A stretch of 64,000 nucleotides of DNA from Trichoplax adhaerens. Taxonomy: Eukaryota; Animalia; Placozoa. This document shows positions 49,101 through 63,161 of the stretch, piece by piece. The translations under genes were made by a program, and so were the position numbers. The stretch is from NCBI RefSeq assembly GCF_000150275.1, contig NW_002060948.1, positions 1,697,983 through 1,761,982 on the forward strand, written 5' to 3'. The first letter of the stretch is position 1. The number at the start of each line of letters is the position of its first letter. The notes below the pieces were generated by a model that saw only the letters and a program-made list of their open reading frames with translations, did not search any database and was not told the DNA's origin.

Positions 49101-52100
49101 ATTGATAACATTATAACGCGAAATATATCCATATTATAAAATATATTTACTAGAAATAGAGCCATAGGACAGTCAATTCATATCCTTAATTAGTTCAGAA
49201 TTGCAAAAGATACCCAATGAGATCTAGTGGCTATAAAAAGTAGCGTTTGAATAGCATCTTAGTATAGTCGATTGACATCCTTAATGGAGTAGAAAATGCA
49301 TCGGATATTCGTGAAAAATAATGAAATCAACCGTAGGAATAGTGCCTAAGATAGTCAATGGACACCCTTAATTGAGTAGAAAATGCAAAGAATATCCATC
49401 AATAGTTCTAAAAGGCATCATAGAGAAGCTTCTCGATATAGGGAAAAGAGTGAATCTCATGAAAAATCGAATATATGATGACACTAATGCTCTAGCATCG
49501 TCAATCTACTTTATTTGTTCGTAAAAAGACAAGGGAAATTCAACATAGTAATGAAATATAGCTGTAGATAGATCATTGTCTAACAGAGTACGATCTAGTA
49601 TCATTAATTAAGAAGCATATTTCGACGAGAGCATATCACAAATAGAAGATATCTATGAAGAAGCAAAGTAGAACTGGATAATTCGCTAGGATAGCAATGT
49701 CCACTAAAAAAGAATAGTGTACACTTATAACGTAAACTATAGCTAACATATGATAATTTTGAAGAATTATAAAGGTCAATATCATGACCAAAAATGAATT
49801 TTTTTGATCTTGCCGTAATTTTATTCTTAAATGACAATCTTGTAGATTGTACGTCGCCAACTTCAAGTCCTACAAGAAGCGATATCACAAGCAAAGAAAG
49901 AGCTTGATTCCTATCAACAGCAATTAAAAGATTACCAACGTAAAATAAACGAGGCCAGGTAAAAAATTGATTAGGATAAAGCGACATTAATCATAGTAAA
50001 TATTTCTAACTACATGAACTTTCCTCTATCTTGTCAACTTTTATTATATCAATACTGAATTTATATAATATTGTCAGTATTGACGTAACTATGTTGAAAG
50101 AGAAGAAAGAAGTTATACAGAATCAACTGGAAGGAGCAAAGCAAAAATTAATTCATACAGAGGAATTACTCCAGGATAAGGAAGATCGCTTGAGCTCCTT
50201 GACTCGCCATCAACCAACTTCTACAGACAATGATGACGATGATGTAAAGATAGCCAAAGAAGAGGTAAATAAGGATAGTGTACACATCAATATGGATATT
50301 TACTACAGTATCTACTTCTATTAGCACTTGATTTAATGGACGGTATCGATATTATTATCAACTTATATCTCTATCATTTATGATTGACGGTATTGTGTTC
50401 ATTATGGCACTAGGTATTGCAGTTAAAAGAGGAAAAAGATCGATTAAAACGGGAGTTAAGAATAGCCCAATCAAGGCCATGGAAATTGGATGGTGGTTAT
50501 AGCTCTTTAGAATCCAATGAAGTGGAATTAAATCGATATAGTCAAGAGGAATTTGCTAAAGAACAAGCTAGGCATGCCGAAATTGTCGATATTTTAAAAG
50601 GGGTTAGTATCTGTTAGGTGTCTAAGTTGTTTTTTTGACACGATATTATTACGGTATTTCAAAAGTAGCTTGTAAATTAGAACTTTTTATTACTATTTGC
50701 ATAAGAAAATAAAATATGGCATAGAATTCGCGAACCTTACTACTGTGTTTATGATGATGATCTAGGCTAAGATATTTCATAGAGTCAATCTTACGTATTC
50801 AAATTAGGAGTTACAGAATGATTACATCAATAAATTTTATACATCTATATTAATTAATTTAATTAAGAGTTACAAAATGATTGTAGTCTGATATTGAGTA
50901 TTATCATTATCACATTTTACCTTATATAATGAGTGATAATTATCTATTTTCATAATACTGTATATTTCAATATCTATATTGTCTATCCACAAATTTTCTT
51001 TTAATATAAATGTATGAACTAATTCTTACATTTTTGTATCTATTTTCAACGATCCGATATTGTATATAGGAGCTGGAATCACAGAGAAAGTCGAATGATG
51101 AAATAAGGAAGAAATATAGTACATTAGTTCAAAACATGGAACACCATAATCGTGTTGAAGATGAAATTGAACGCCATCGATTACAAATTCGATTAGAGTA
51201 CAGTCAACAAGAAGTAGATCGATTGAAAGAGGAGCTTCAAAACTATCGCTGCGAAAGTAAAGAAGAGAATGATACAACTAAGAATTTAATGAAGGTAAGC
51301 ATCTACATTCGATAAAATTTTTGTATTTTCACTAGTGAATTGTTCTATAGCTAATTCGAAGTAATCATTTGATAATTTAAACTGTTCTACCCCATTTTAC
51401 TATCCGCTTTATTTCTGGATATTAGATAATTTAAATTATTATACCAAATTTAATATCTGGTATATTTCTTGATTAATATCTTTATAGCTCAACGAACAAC
51501 AGATAGGCAGATTGGAAAGGGTAATTGATGACAAAGATCAAACTATTGCAGCGCTAAGTGATGAAATTGAAGTTCTTAAGCAACAGAATGATGAAGATTG
51601 CGATCGATTAAAGGAATTAATCAGTGAAACGCAAACTATTATGGTCGTAAAGGTAGGTTGGCTAATAAATGATTCGTGATTTTAATATTCATTCCAGTGA
51701 AATATCCTTTATTTTTGATATGGAAAAATTATAAAATCGTTGTATATTCCATTGCATTTCTAAAGAATAACATTGATAATATTGTTTTAGTTTAATAAAA
51801 CTCAATGGTCATGTTCAATGATCGACTAATTTAATATTGTGATTTAACCGCAGAGCATCTATTTGATACAAAAAAGCTATAAATGGTTATACTGTAGAAA
51901 TAGATGATCGGGATAGTCGCGTAATAATTCAACCTCCAAGATTACCCAATAATTGTTAAAGGCAACAATTTTAACGTAACATCAGTTTTATCAAGTTTCG
52001 TAGCAATCGTTTATTTTCTATTTTTTAAATGATGTAAATCATTCGCATGACGACTAAATCACGAATCCTAATTTCTTTCTAGTTTTATTAAATATAAAGT

Positions 52101-55100
52101 ATTTTAATGTTATTTTAATCAACATTATAAAATTCAAAAACTTTCACCTAATTTCAACGTGAGAATTGTGACTTTCTTCATTTAAGTGGAATATTATACC
52201 ACAGTTTAATTTATAATGATATGATTTGTATCTTACAGGAATCGGAAATGGAATCTCTTAAACAGCAATTTGTAGAAAAGGAATTAGCATGGGAGAAAGA
52301 GGTAAATAGACAATTTAATGATTAAAAATTTTTCTTGTATACTAGCTTAATGTGTCTGAAGTAGTGTAACTCAATAAAAATGATAATACAGATGGCACCT
52401 AGTTGCAGTTTTTAATCTATTAAATCCAATATTGAATTGCAATTCTCTATAATGGAATATATAGAAAGAACTGCTAACTCTTTCCCAGCAACAAGCGGCT
52501 GAAGAAAGATTAAATAAAAAGTTATCTGAGGTCAATATTTCTTAATTGTCTCTGTACTCTAATGGTTATTTTTAGTATGGTTTAGTGAAAACTCTGAAGT
52601 AGAAGATAACTGCTATATTGCTTTATGCCTACTTTTAGCTTCGAAAATCTCATGAAAGCGAGCAACAACACTGCCTAAGCGAACAGAGACTTTTATTTAC
52701 CGCTCAATTAGAAAACAAAGATAGTATTATTAAGGTACAGAATCTCTCACTAATTTGCCATATATTCTATCTATATTGCCATGGATTATGGCTATTTCTG
52801 TTATATTCTAATTGTTTATTTGTTTTTAACTCTCAATAAAATTATTTTTGAATGATAGAAAAACAGTTTTCTTTCACGCCAATTTATTCAGATTCCATTA
52901 GATCTCTGGAGTTTTAATTTTATTAGTAAAGTTAGATAATGAATTTAATACTTCATATAATATTGAATAAGGTCCGAGAGAATGAAATTGCTCATGTTCG
53001 AGAGCTGTTAAAAAAACAAGAAGAATCAACTAGAGCTTTAGGTGAAAAACTACGAGCACAAGCAAAAGAACAGGTATGTTTAGCCTTCTACTTTTCTAAT
53101 TCCTTGACTGTTGACCGGTAAGCGATGAAATCAATCTTTACATTCTCGTTGGTGTTCCTATGAACTTTTTAATAACAACATGATGATAATTGCTATCAAA
53201 ATCTCTATAATTATCTTTAGTTTTACTGTTTCTAGGCACTCTTTATCGCTATTTTCACTTATTCTTAAAAGTATTCGCAGTAGTTGTTTGTTAATTTCCA
53301 TGATGGCTTTAGGCATGATAAAACTTTCAAACTGATCTTGTAGTAAAGAGGTAGAAATAGTTCGCGGCTCATTTCGTACTTTCCTGTTACTTCAGTTGTA
53401 TTAAATCTACTTCAACCATTGCCATAGTTAGAAGCAGTTAAAACTGTTGTACCCAACTTATATATCCATAAACTACTGAATATTCCGCAGTATTGAGTAA
53501 TCCATGATATGTCGAACGATTGAATAATTTTTTGCTTGGTGTTAAAATTAAATAGTTCTTGACGGTTTAAAGCCCTTTTATAGAATTTATATCTAACATT
53601 ACGTACTTGATCAATAGATTTAAATAATCTTTGCAATAAAAATATGCAGAACATTTGCTAAAATTAAGTGAATCTAATGCTGTCGTTATGATAAATGAAA
53701 ATATTGACTAGATTGAATCTGCTATCAACAAAGAAAGGGAGAATAACGAAGAGGATACTAAGCGGCAATTAAATCGAGAATTAGATGCTGCAGCTAATAA
53801 ATTTACAACATCATTGACTCTGGCAAAAGAAGATTTATCTAAGGAGCGACAAAAAATTCAAATTTTAGAACAAACTATCGCTCAACAAAAATCCGTAAGA
53901 AATGCTTAGCTACCTGATAGAAAATACCTCTCTGTTCATCCTATAATATTAATTAGAGTATTATTCCAAATAATTTCCAACAGCAATAGTAATCATCGGG
54001 CTTATTTTAAGTTATATTTATCCTTTCTGTTTAATAGGAAATTCAGGAATTATATTTAGAGAAAGAACAACTCGAATTAGATGGTAATGATAGACTTTTA
54101 CAAACCGAAGAAAATTTAAGAAAGAAATTGGATGCTCAACTTGAAGCTGCTCGTGATCAGTTCCAATTTGTAAGTTATGACTAAGCATGAAGTCGCTCTT
54201 TCGGTTTATTTGAATTATGTCGATTAGTAGTTAGATACATAATAGTAATAATTTATTTTAAGATATAAAGTGCGCTTAAATTACCTTAATAACTAGAATA
54301 GATTTATTCAATTCTGGTATTTTTTTTCATTTTACTCAAGGAAAAAGAGCGTGATATTGAAAGAATAGTCGATGAAATGAAAAAGAAACATTGGAAAGAA
54401 ATCACCGATTTAAAGACTGATAACCAAAATGAATTGAAGAAATTGGGAAGAGAAAAATCGAATGTAGATAAAATTGATAAATTGATAATGAAGGAAATCG
54501 AAGAAGAATGCAAAGAATGTTGCCAATTTCTTGGTTTAAGCAAGTCTTGGCATAGTGAGGAAACTGATAATGTTAACATACAAGATCGAAAGATCAATGC
54601 ACTGGTTAGTTGATGATGGATATCATTCTGATATTGCCATCTTATGGCTTAGATTACAGTTCAAAGGTGTTTGTTGATCAATATATCTGCATGATATTAT
54701 GCAGCAGCTTAACGCAAGAATTCTAAATTTCTACATGTAAACTCATTGATCTGTATTACTAAACTGTCGGTAGCTTAAAAATCGTAAACTTCTTCACGAT
54801 CATACCATTCTATTTGCGGTCAGTTGTTAATTATCATGATTCGGTAGTTGTATTCAGTAGTTTAAGCATCGCAAACACTACAATTGCCATACCTTCCACT
54901 TGCAATTAGTTACTAATTGTCGTGGCTTAGTTATTATAAATTTCACAATAGCTAAAATTCTGCAATGCTTATTCTTAGTCGTTAAACTTTTGCATGCTAA
55001 CATAAATAATTTCCTATAATATTCTTCTCTATATACATATGAGAATTAGCACAGTCTTGTGATACGTATGATTCAAGTGAGCGAAATAGGATAGATTTCG

Positions 55101-56909
55101 AATAGCTCTGATTGTAAATGATTCACTTTTCCATGCATTTATGTCGTAGCAGAATTAGTTTTGCATCTCACTGAACTTTATCTAATATTCCAATCTATAA
55201 ATTACACAATTTGATTCGTTTTTAGGCAAATTTACGTCGATGCAATGAAGATTTACGTCAACACATGAGCAACCTACAGCACAAATTGGCATCAGACAAT
55301 AAATTATTAGAGCAAGCTCGATTAGAAAAGGTACAAGTATAGAGTAAACTTATACAGTGGACATGAATATCTCACCAATACAAAATCAATTTTAGAATCG
55401 GTATCTCTAGATTCTAAACTGAATGCAAGTTTGCTAAATATCATTATTTCTATATTATAAAATAAAAATTTTATAGATTTCCGAAAGGCAAGCACTTGAA
55501 AGAAATTTTGAAATTCAAAAAACTAAGGAATTTGAAGCTTTTCGGGAACAGTTAGTTCGGGTACGACGGTAGCTATTTTGATATTGAATACTTAAGTAGC
55601 TGCAAATAAAGGATTTAAATTAATACTATTGTAGATATCCATGTCTTAAAATCAGATTTAATTGTTCTATACTCTAGGATCATTTAGAAGAAATAACAAA
55701 ACTGCATCACGATGTTATTCGTGGCAAAGATGAGGTAGAACTACGTCGAGACTTAAAAGAAAAGGTAAATTGTTGCATGAGTGTATCTAATTATATTATA
55801 ATCTGAGAGCACTGAGATGTACATCTTTCCCAGCGAGGCTAAAATTTCATTTAAAAATTATCTTCAAAGCTTTTAAAGTACTCTCTTCTGCTGTTATTTC
55901 ATATTTAGGAGCTAAAAATCAAAGAATATGAAAGAGAAATGCAGAGTTGGAAGGAGAAAACAAGTAGAGGCCTGAAATTAAAATTTCAGCATGAATTTGA
56001 TATAGAGATAGAGCGGTAATGACAATGCTATTGGAATTGCAATATCAAAATATTTTTGCATTGATCTTGCTATAATATAAGGAATAAATTCTCATATGGT
56101 CATAAAATGCTTTTAAATAGGCGCATGAAAGAGATTCAACAACAGCAAAACATAAATTTAAGAGTGAGCTAATGTCTTAATTTGCGCATAGTGGTGCTAG
56201 TGTAGTAATTCCACTTCGTAACCATTGTCAACGTTGGCTTTTTAGGTTAATGTTAATAATAATGAGAAACATGATAGCAGCCATATTAACAACAGCTACA
56301 ACTCTCATCCATCAGCCAATACAAGCTATATAAGCAATACTAGTAGTTCTACTAGCCCAAATACTTCACGGCAAGAGAGTACGGCAAAATTATTACGGCA
56401 TCTACAAGGTCGAGTAAAAGAATTACGCCAAGCAAATGAAGATTTGAGGCGTGATGGCTTAGTTGGCTCAACAAACAATTCTGAGGTAAATTTCAACAAT
56501 TTTTTTATAGTAAATGGTTATACTACTTGATAAAGGTAAAGTTATTACAACTATCCTATATTTACTGCAATTATCATACTATCATACAGGTAGAAAATAG
56601 AGAAGGAAGTGGTGAAGTTGTCCAGCTTCGTAATGCCATTCCGTTGTCAGAAGATAAACCTCAGCGATCTTCAATATTATTAAATCAGAAATTGGAAGAA
56701 TTAAATAAAATGCAAGTAGCTCTGCAACAAAAAACTAAGGTTAGTAGTAAATTTAAGCTCAATCTTTATATATTAAATGTACATAATATTTATTTGATCA
56801 TAGTTATGCCAAACGATTAATTCCTTATTAAATTTCTTTCCATTATTCATTTTAGGATCATTTGGCCCTCGAACATGCTTATTCCGCGCTTAAAGAGAAA
56901 ATTTCGTGA
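40104..56909 (+). CDS. Large (~2,500 aa, ~27 exons) disordered plus coiled-coil protein with a KRAP/ITPRID-like IP3R-binding motif
   Basis: Frame-consistent exons 40104-40157, 40506-41193, 41284-41430, 41739-41849, giant exon 44222-48029, then about 22 short, mostly phase-0 coiled-coil exons from 48633 to 56856-56909 (..AYSALKEKIS*). Motif LFEDDTDSAEDVLISLGFSCADERFIPSRF resembles the ITPRID2/TESPA1 pattern DPEEILxxLGF..KIPSRF. The start exon is uncertain. Confidence 0.7.
42120..42505. repeat. Degenerate ~110-bp intronic tandem repeat
   Basis: ATGTTTCTTCT..AAATTT.TTTTAGA recurs at about 42210, 42320 and 42423. Confidence 0.75.
43185..44090. repeat. Degenerate ~120-170-bp intronic tandem repeat (about 7 copies)
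   Basis: GATGGGCTATCATT..CTTACTTAACCATC..TTGAAAC anchors at about 43210, 43349, 43472, 43615, 43751, 43906 and 44068. Confidence 0.8.
44460..44690 (+). repeat. Coding 51-bp (17-aa) tandem repeat, AQNQPRQxE motif, 4-5 copies
   Basis: GCTCAAAATCAACCAAGGCAA at 44511, 44562 and 44613, with variants at about 44460 and 44664. Confidence 0.92.
48150..48400. repeat. Degenerate ~30-40-bp intronic tandem repeat
   Basis: ATATCTAACGCACAACTTGAA-like units repeated about 6 times. Confidence 0.75.
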
Positions 56910-57744
56910 TGAAAAATCAATAATTATACCAGTCAAAATAGAAGCCAAAACGCAGTAGATCAGTGGATTGGCAATTAAATATTATCCTCTTCAGTCAGTA
57001 GTACTTGATAATTTAAATAAATTATTTATACCTCGGTATGATATTACTATTTAATTATATCATATTCGAGTACGCTATTTTATTATTATATCGGATTCCT
57101 GTCACTATACTTTCTTGATTCTTAATGATAATAGGAAATTATTTTATATCCAATGCTACCAATAATTGAAAAAAATCCCTCAATAGTAATTAACTTAACT
57201 TTCTATGATGTTGTAATAAGTATAGTAAAGATTATCTGTTTATATTCATTCTGGAAGATGATTATTTCCCGATAGTTAAGGTTACCAACATGCCACTCAA
57301 TAACATGTATAAATGCTGATTTTATTTCCTTTTGACCATACTACCCATAGGATAGAATATGTAAATAAGTAAGTTACCCTTTAATTCATTACTGTTTCAA
57401 GATCTAGCACAAGTCTTCGAGATCATACATTTGATTTAGGACTATTAAAGTGATAAGATTTATTAAAACAATACCAATTATGGATGTTTTTATTCAGCGC
57501 TATGAAGTACAGTTATGAGAAATTGCCTATATATCCGAATAGAGTTGCTAAAGTCCTTACAAGTTTATGAAGTGCAAAAATCGAGAAATTTCTTTGCTGA
57601 ATATTTGCTAAATATTGAATAAATCCTTTTAGCAATCTTAATCGCATTATTTCACGTTTACGTTCTCGGTATCAAATAATTTTTGACTTAAGATAGTGAA
57701 ATTAAAACCAGAAGTCATGATGGAAAAGTTGTAACTAATAGTTG

Positions 57745-58610
57745 CACTGCCATATACGTGTATATTCACTTAGATAGCTGTGATACTTTAATTTTTCTTA
57801 ATTAAAATGGTACAGTATGTTCAAAATCTTAAGTTCCGATCGAAAAGTCGTAAGTAGTATTTGAACCGCTATATTTCTTCCAAGCGGTTTTACTACCTAA
57901 AATTTTCTCAGTTAAAATGTTACTGAACTCCAAAGATACCAAATGCTATATTTAAAACCTTAAGTCATATATATAAAATTGTCAATAGTATTTGCAGCGC
58001 TATATTTAGTCCAAGCAGGTCATAATACTTTAATTTTTAATTGAAATCTTATGAAGCCTTGAAGATATTAAAAGGTTGTATTTAAAAGTTGTAATGAATA
58101 TCTGCACCGCTATATTTCCTCTAAGTAGCCAGAATATTTTAATTTTCTTGAATTAAATATTATTGTTAAACCCTAAAGATACCAAAATGAAATATTTAAA
58201 ATTTGAAGTCATAGATAGAAAACTAATGTAACTGATAACGAATATTAATTATTAATATTATTATTGTAACTAATATTTGCATTGCAACATTTCAGCTAAG
58301 CAATTATACTACTTTAATTTTTTAATTGAAATATTAATAAACATTAAAGATACCAAAAATGATATATTTAAAATCTTAAGTCAAAGGTAGAAAAGTTGTA
58401 AATAGTACTTAAACCGCTATATTTACTTCAAGCTATTATAAAAAATTAATACTTCTTAAAAAAATGTTGTTAAACATTAAAGATACCAAAAATGATATAT
58501 TTAAGACCTTAAATCATAGATAGAAATTTGTAATGAATATTCGCACCGCTATATTTACTCCAAGCAGTTATACTAGTTCAATTTTTCTTTAATAAAATGT
58601 TATTAAACCT
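57745..58610. repeat. Degenerate ~110-140-bp tandem repeat between convergent genes
   Basis: CCGCTATATTT..CAAGC..TACTTTAATTTT..AAAGATACCAAAA..TATTTAAAA recurs at about 57866, 57997, 58107, 58414 and 58546. Confidence 0.85.
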
Positions 58611-58714
58611 GAATGGCATACATTCTTGAGTGAGAAAGTCAAATATCTGTATCTTACAGTAAAAGCTGCATTTTACTTTTATCGAGGTAAAGTTATAACA
58701 AAGTTGGTAAAGAT

Positions 58715-60143
58715 CTATGGGGATAAATTAACTAGTTTTTGACTAATATCCCATAACATCTTTGCTTCAGTTTCGTTAGTAGCGGCTTCTGATGTTTCAT
58801 AAATTTCACATTCTTCAAAGAATTGACCAGATACAGATTGAAGACTTTTATCGACAGCAAGGCAAATCACTGTTTGTGCTCCTTGACGGGCATCTCTTAA
58901 AACTGCCGATAGCATCCAACGCAAAGCTTTATTTATAAAAGACGGAAGTTGCAGGTAATCTTCAAAGTATCGAAAAACCTCTGTCATAACTACTCCAGGA
59001 TGTAAAGAATTTATTGTTACAGAAGTACCTTTTAATCTTCTACTCATTTCGAATGAAAATAAGACGTTGGCGAGTTTACTATACGCATAGGTTGTTAGGA
59101 CAGAATAGGACTTTTCACTCATAAGGTCGTCAAAATTCATGCCGGGTACCATGGTATGAGAGCCCGATGATACAACGACGATTCTGCTTGGTTGTGATTT
59201 CTTGAGTAAATCTAATAGCAAATCTGTTAATAAGAAATGTCCGAGGTGATTAACACCTATCATCCTTTCGAAACCATCTTTAGTTGTATCTCTGTAAACA
59301 GGTCCAACTGAAAAAAGAAATGCAGAGTTGGTAAACTTAAAAGATCATTTTAATTCGGCTACTGTAGAGGCGCTATCTTAATGTATTAATCTAAGTTAGA
59401 ATACAGATTGTAATGTCTACTTCAGCCATGTTACAAAAGTAAGTTATCTTTATAACTACGCTCTATATCCATATCAAGTATAACGACTGCAATGTATACT
59501 AGCATGATTGGCAATTCATTTATAAACTAGTATCCATTCTATTGTCCACTATCCATATTAGAATTACTATTTTAATTGTTCTAGCTTAACCACACGGCGT
59601 AATAATTTTAGCTTAATATACAAATATGTGCGTTGTTTTATTCTAAACATTTGCATTCTAATAGCTGTGATGGCTCTATGCTACAATTTCAAGCATTCTT
59701 TTAAGCAGGTAGCGTAGGTTTCTATCGATTGTAATAGCTGTAGTCCAAATAGTTTTGATATAGTTACCTAATCCAGCATTATTGATTAAGACATCTAATC
59801 TTTCCTCTTTTGCATAGATATCCTTGGCGAATTGTCGCACAGACTTTAAGGAACCTAAGTCTAACATCATTAAAACTACGTTATTACTACCGCTAGTCTT
59901 TTTTATATCTTCTATAGCTGCTTCGCCACGCGATTTAGATCGACAAGCACAAATCACTCGAGCACCACGTCTTGCTAAATCGATCGCCGCTTCTTTTCCA
60001 ATTCCAGTATTAGCTCCAGTAATAATGACAGTTTTTCCATCTAACCTTTCACTTCCTTCATATTCCAATCGTCCATAAATAAAGGTAAAATATCCGTAGA
60101 TTATCATTGCTAGCACAATCATGAAAATACTAGACTTGATCAT
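58715..60143 (-). CDS. Retinol dehydrogenase 11-14-like short-chain dehydrogenase/reductase, copy A (2 exons)
   Basis: Exons 60143-59768 and 59307-58715: N-terminal TM anchor, TGANTGIG, NNAG, GFERMIGVNHLGHFLLT, RIVVVSS, catalytic YAYSK, LHPGVV. Confidence 0.95.
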
Positions 60144-61764
60144 TATGGGATTGAGTTATTTGAGTTATGAATTCTTAGCGAACCAATGGAAGAATAATGA
60201 TATTTTTAATTTCTATTTCAATGACTAAAGAAAAGTAATTTTATGTTGGATCATGCACTAATCGTAAAACTACTGATGAGGACTTCAAAATTTCGCGAAT
60301 ATCTTTCGATAGAGGCAGATGCCATCCAGAAATACAGTTCATTAGACAGATCCGATTACAAGATCATATCTAATCGGTCGGGAAAGACCCTAAAGGGAAT
60401 TGTTATAGCTTTGATCAGGGAGATTTCTCAACTTCACCATGAGCAAAATGTGTGATATAAATTTTCGTTTCAAGTCTATACTATAGCGAGATAATTATAT
60501 ATGTTTCGATCTAAATTAACTTATAGTTGTGTATAACATATACAGTACGCAAATATTTTACCACATTATCAATAATAAATAAATATACTATGTAATGTAA
60601 TGTAGTGGCTAAAGTTGAGAATAACGGAAAGACGGCCACCTGTTTTGGTCAGAGCATGGACTACTAGATAGACTGACTTAATACTGTATGTTCCTGGGAC
60701 ATTCGCTTATGGTAAAAGTAGAATTTACCTTTATGCTTAAAAGGAAGATTTATATCTTCTTGTTTTCATTTGTAAACTTATTTCTCCCATTAAATTGGCC
60801 ATCTTAGTACACATGATTCATTGTTTTAACCGTTCAATTTTGACCCATATAATGAGTATCAATGCTCTAACCGCTATGGAGTCGATTTCCATGTTAACGC
60901 ATAAAAGACAAAACATGGCCCATACGTATTATGGATTACTACAGATCTAAGCCACTGAATACAACATATTGTAGTTATAGCACATTTTATATTAAAGAGA
61001 AAACATGACCCATATTATAGATTATTGCAGATCGAAGCTACCAATACTAATATTATATTGCCATGATTTTAGTATAATCAAAGCTTGGTGATATTTTAAC
61101 TTAATGGCAGCAATTATCAACAGCACGTAGACATTGCTCTCACAACACAACGTTTGACAAGAGCTGTTGAGTTACAGACCTCCAAGGTATAGAATTTCTT
61201 TCTATCAACAGATAAAATTGAATGGTTGTCTAAATGTTGCATGATGTTATGTACAACAGAAAAACAGCGATAGCTTATGCATCTGACGATGAGCCGTATC
61301 TGCACTATACTATAGTGATCAAAGCGTCATCTGCAGCAATCGCTAACTTATACTGTAAGCATTTATGAAGGGTCTTTACCTTTCCAGAATCAATCATGAT
61401 AATCGTTACAGAAAAATAGAGGTGACTTAATTATCATTCTGGAATAATAGGTTATCGTAGATTTATTGATGTATATTTAATGTGATCCATTGACTTGGAT
61501 ATAAGCGTACTTGCATATAACTTCATTTTTTGGCAGCTACTTAATGAAATAGCTGGATTAATCATCAATCCAATTCGAATACAATATTGCATGGTAATTG
61601 CTATACAATCATTTTACGACACATGCTTTAAAATCTAGAATTTTATAAATCTTTGTCTAGTTTACCTAAAATTCTATCATTTTACATTTTGCAGTAAGGT
61701 ACTGTGTATAGCTATGCGAATAGGCGTTAATAATAAACTTCCAGCAAGAATGGTTTCTAATGAT

Positions 61765-63161
61765 TTAAGCAGATGGATTAACTAATTTTTCACTAATATC
61801 CCACAACATCTTTGCTTCAGTTTCGTTCGTAGCTGCTGCTGTTGTTTCAGAAATTTTACATTCAGCAAAATATTTGCCAGATACTGATTCAAGATTCCTA
61901 TCGACAGCAAGACAAATCACTGTTTGTGCTCCTTGACGGGAATCTCTGAAAAAAATTGACATTGTCCAGCGCATAGCTTTATTTAAGAAAGGTGGTAATT
62001 GAAGGTAATCATCAAGGTGTCGACCAAGCTCTGTCATCACGGCTCCCGGATGTAAAGCATTTATTGTTACAGAAGTACCTTTTAACCTTTTACTCATTTC
62101 TAATGAAAATAGGATGTTGGCAAGTTTAGAGTACCCATATACGCTAGTACCAGAATAGGATTTTTCACTCATAAGATCATCAAGGTTCATACTAGATACC
62201 ATCCTATGAGCGTTGGATGAAACAACGACGATTCTGCTTGGTTGTGACTTCTTGAGTAAATCTAATAATAGATCTGTTAACAAGAAATGTCCGAGATGAT
62301 TAACACCCATCATTCTTTCGAAACCATCTTCAGTGGTATCTCTGTAGGCAGGACCAGCTATGAGAGAAATACAGAATTGGTCAATTTATAGGATTATTTG
62401 GACGTAGTAACTCCAGAATAGCTAACTTACTTGGAACATGCAATACAATAGCAATAATACAACAATAATTTATCTTTAGCTCCATCGTAGGTCTATACTG
62501 TACTGTACAATGTACACAATTCCGTATAGTATACTCATCTGTGTGGTATTCGCAAATTCTACTTACTAATTGCTATCACTTAACGAATTAGCATAATGAT
62601 GCTAGCTTAATATGTATGAGTTACGCCATTTTGAACTTTTGTATTCTAAAGTTGTGCTGGTATATATATATAGTGTGGGCGCATGATTGAAATTGTATCG
62701 TCGAAAGCAGTTTCAAGAATAGTGATAAATGCACTAAGTGGATGAGATCTGCATGATTTCTATTGCAAACAAATACAATGAGGGTTGTTACCTAATCCAG
62801 CATTGTTGATTAACACGTCCAATCTTTCTTCTTTTGCGTTAATATCCTTAGCGAATTGTCGTATAGAATTTAAGGAACCTAAGTCTAACATTTTTAAAGC
62901 TACATTGTTATTGCCACTAATATTTTTGATGTCTTCTACAGCCGCTTCGCCACGCGATTTAGATCGACATGCACAAATGACTCGAGCTCCACGTCTTGCT
63001 AAATCGATTGCCGCTTCTTTCCCGATTCCAGTATTAGCTCCAGTAATAATTACAGTTTTTCCATCTAATCTCTCATCCCCTTTATATTCGCATCGTCCGT
63101 GTATGACGAAATAATAGATTGCAATTGCTAGAATAATAATGAAAATTCTAAACTTGCTCAT
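61765..63161 (-). CDS. Retinol dehydrogenase 11-14-like SDR, copy B (2 exons), tandem paralog
   Basis: Exons 63161-62792 and 62357-61765: same motifs and intron position as copy A, catalytic YGYSK, LHPGAVMTELGRH. Confidence 0.95.

Noticed and set aside
49604-49987. 127-aa minus-strand ORF
   Set aside because: Antisense to a coiled-coil exon and its intron in the large plus-strand gene; no homology cues.
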